DNA of 64,000 nt. Origin: Lama glama (Eukaryota). Numbering within the stretch: position 1 is the first letter of the stretch; each line of letters starts with the position of its first letter. Where the stretch lies: contig CM052817.1 in the NCBI GenBank assembly GCA_028534125.1, positions 11,038,001-11,102,000 on the forward strand. Direction: 5' to 3'. Position numbers and translations under genes: made by a program. The notes beneath the pieces are model-generated. The model ran no database searches, was not told the origin of the DNA, and saw nothing but the letters and a program-made list of their open reading frames with translations. Shown here in pieces: positions 63,659 through 64,000 of this stretch.

Positions 63659-64000
63659 TGTGGCTCTCAAAGTGTGGTCCTCAACTCCAGGGAGTCCTCA
63701 GACTCTTTCAGAATACCCACGAGGTCAAGGCTATTTTCATAACAATACTGAGAGATTATTTGCCTTTTTCATTATGTCAACACTCACATTAATGGTGGGT
63801 TAAACAGCTGATCCTTATCACAAAGCAAATCAGTAACACCAAACTGTACTAGTATTTATTGTATTTTTCACTCCATGCACTCATAGTTTTAAAAAATGCA
63901 ACTTTCACTTCACCACTGAATGGAACAGAAAAGAACTAAATTAAATGTCATCCCTGAGTCCACATCTTCTTAATAATTCTTCGTGATGAGATAGAAAGTA
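63659..64000 (+). mobile_element. Charlie1-family hAT element (runs off the window)
   Basis: ctctcaaagtgtggtcc...gaggtcaaggctattttcataacaatactgaga...caccaaactgtactagta. Confidence 0.85.

Noticed and set aside
1..64000. Prokaryote-style system (operon, CRISPR array, defence island) or a recognisable protein-coding gene
   Set aside because: The sequence is repeat-rich mammalian DNA. There is no regularly spaced repeat-spacer array, the longest ORF is 155 aa, and no non-TE protein homology was recognised.

Overview
Mammalian genomic DNA, most likely camelid (alpaca, llama or camel). The lineage call rests on four short tRNA-Ala-derived SINEs of the camelid vic-1 type, together with no recognisable Alu, B1 or Bov-tA elements. 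I found no recognisable protein-coding exon. The window looks intergenic or deep-intronic and is dominated by interspersed repeats: MIR, L2, L1 of several ages, MaLR/ERVL solo LTRs, and DNA-transposon fossils (near-full-length Tigger1, Tigger2, a Tc2/Kanga-like element, hAT-Blackjack, Charlie1 and several MER MITEs). The clearest non-TE feature is a minus-strand processed retrocopy of the SET mRNA (45262-46150). It contains only the 3' UTR, starts at the SET stop codon and is flanked by a 16-bp target-site duplication (TSD). Several repeat-free, motif-rich islands are candidate enhancers, and a few splice-site-bounded segments could be exons of unannotated transcripts; both are inferences only. 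The longer ORFs in the track are mostly TE remnants, low-complexity sequence or chance. I found no supportable novel multi-gene system. Repeat subfamily names come from recalled consensus sequences and need RepeatMasker/Dfam confirmation; boundaries without a stated TSD or terminal inverted repeat (TIR) are approximate.
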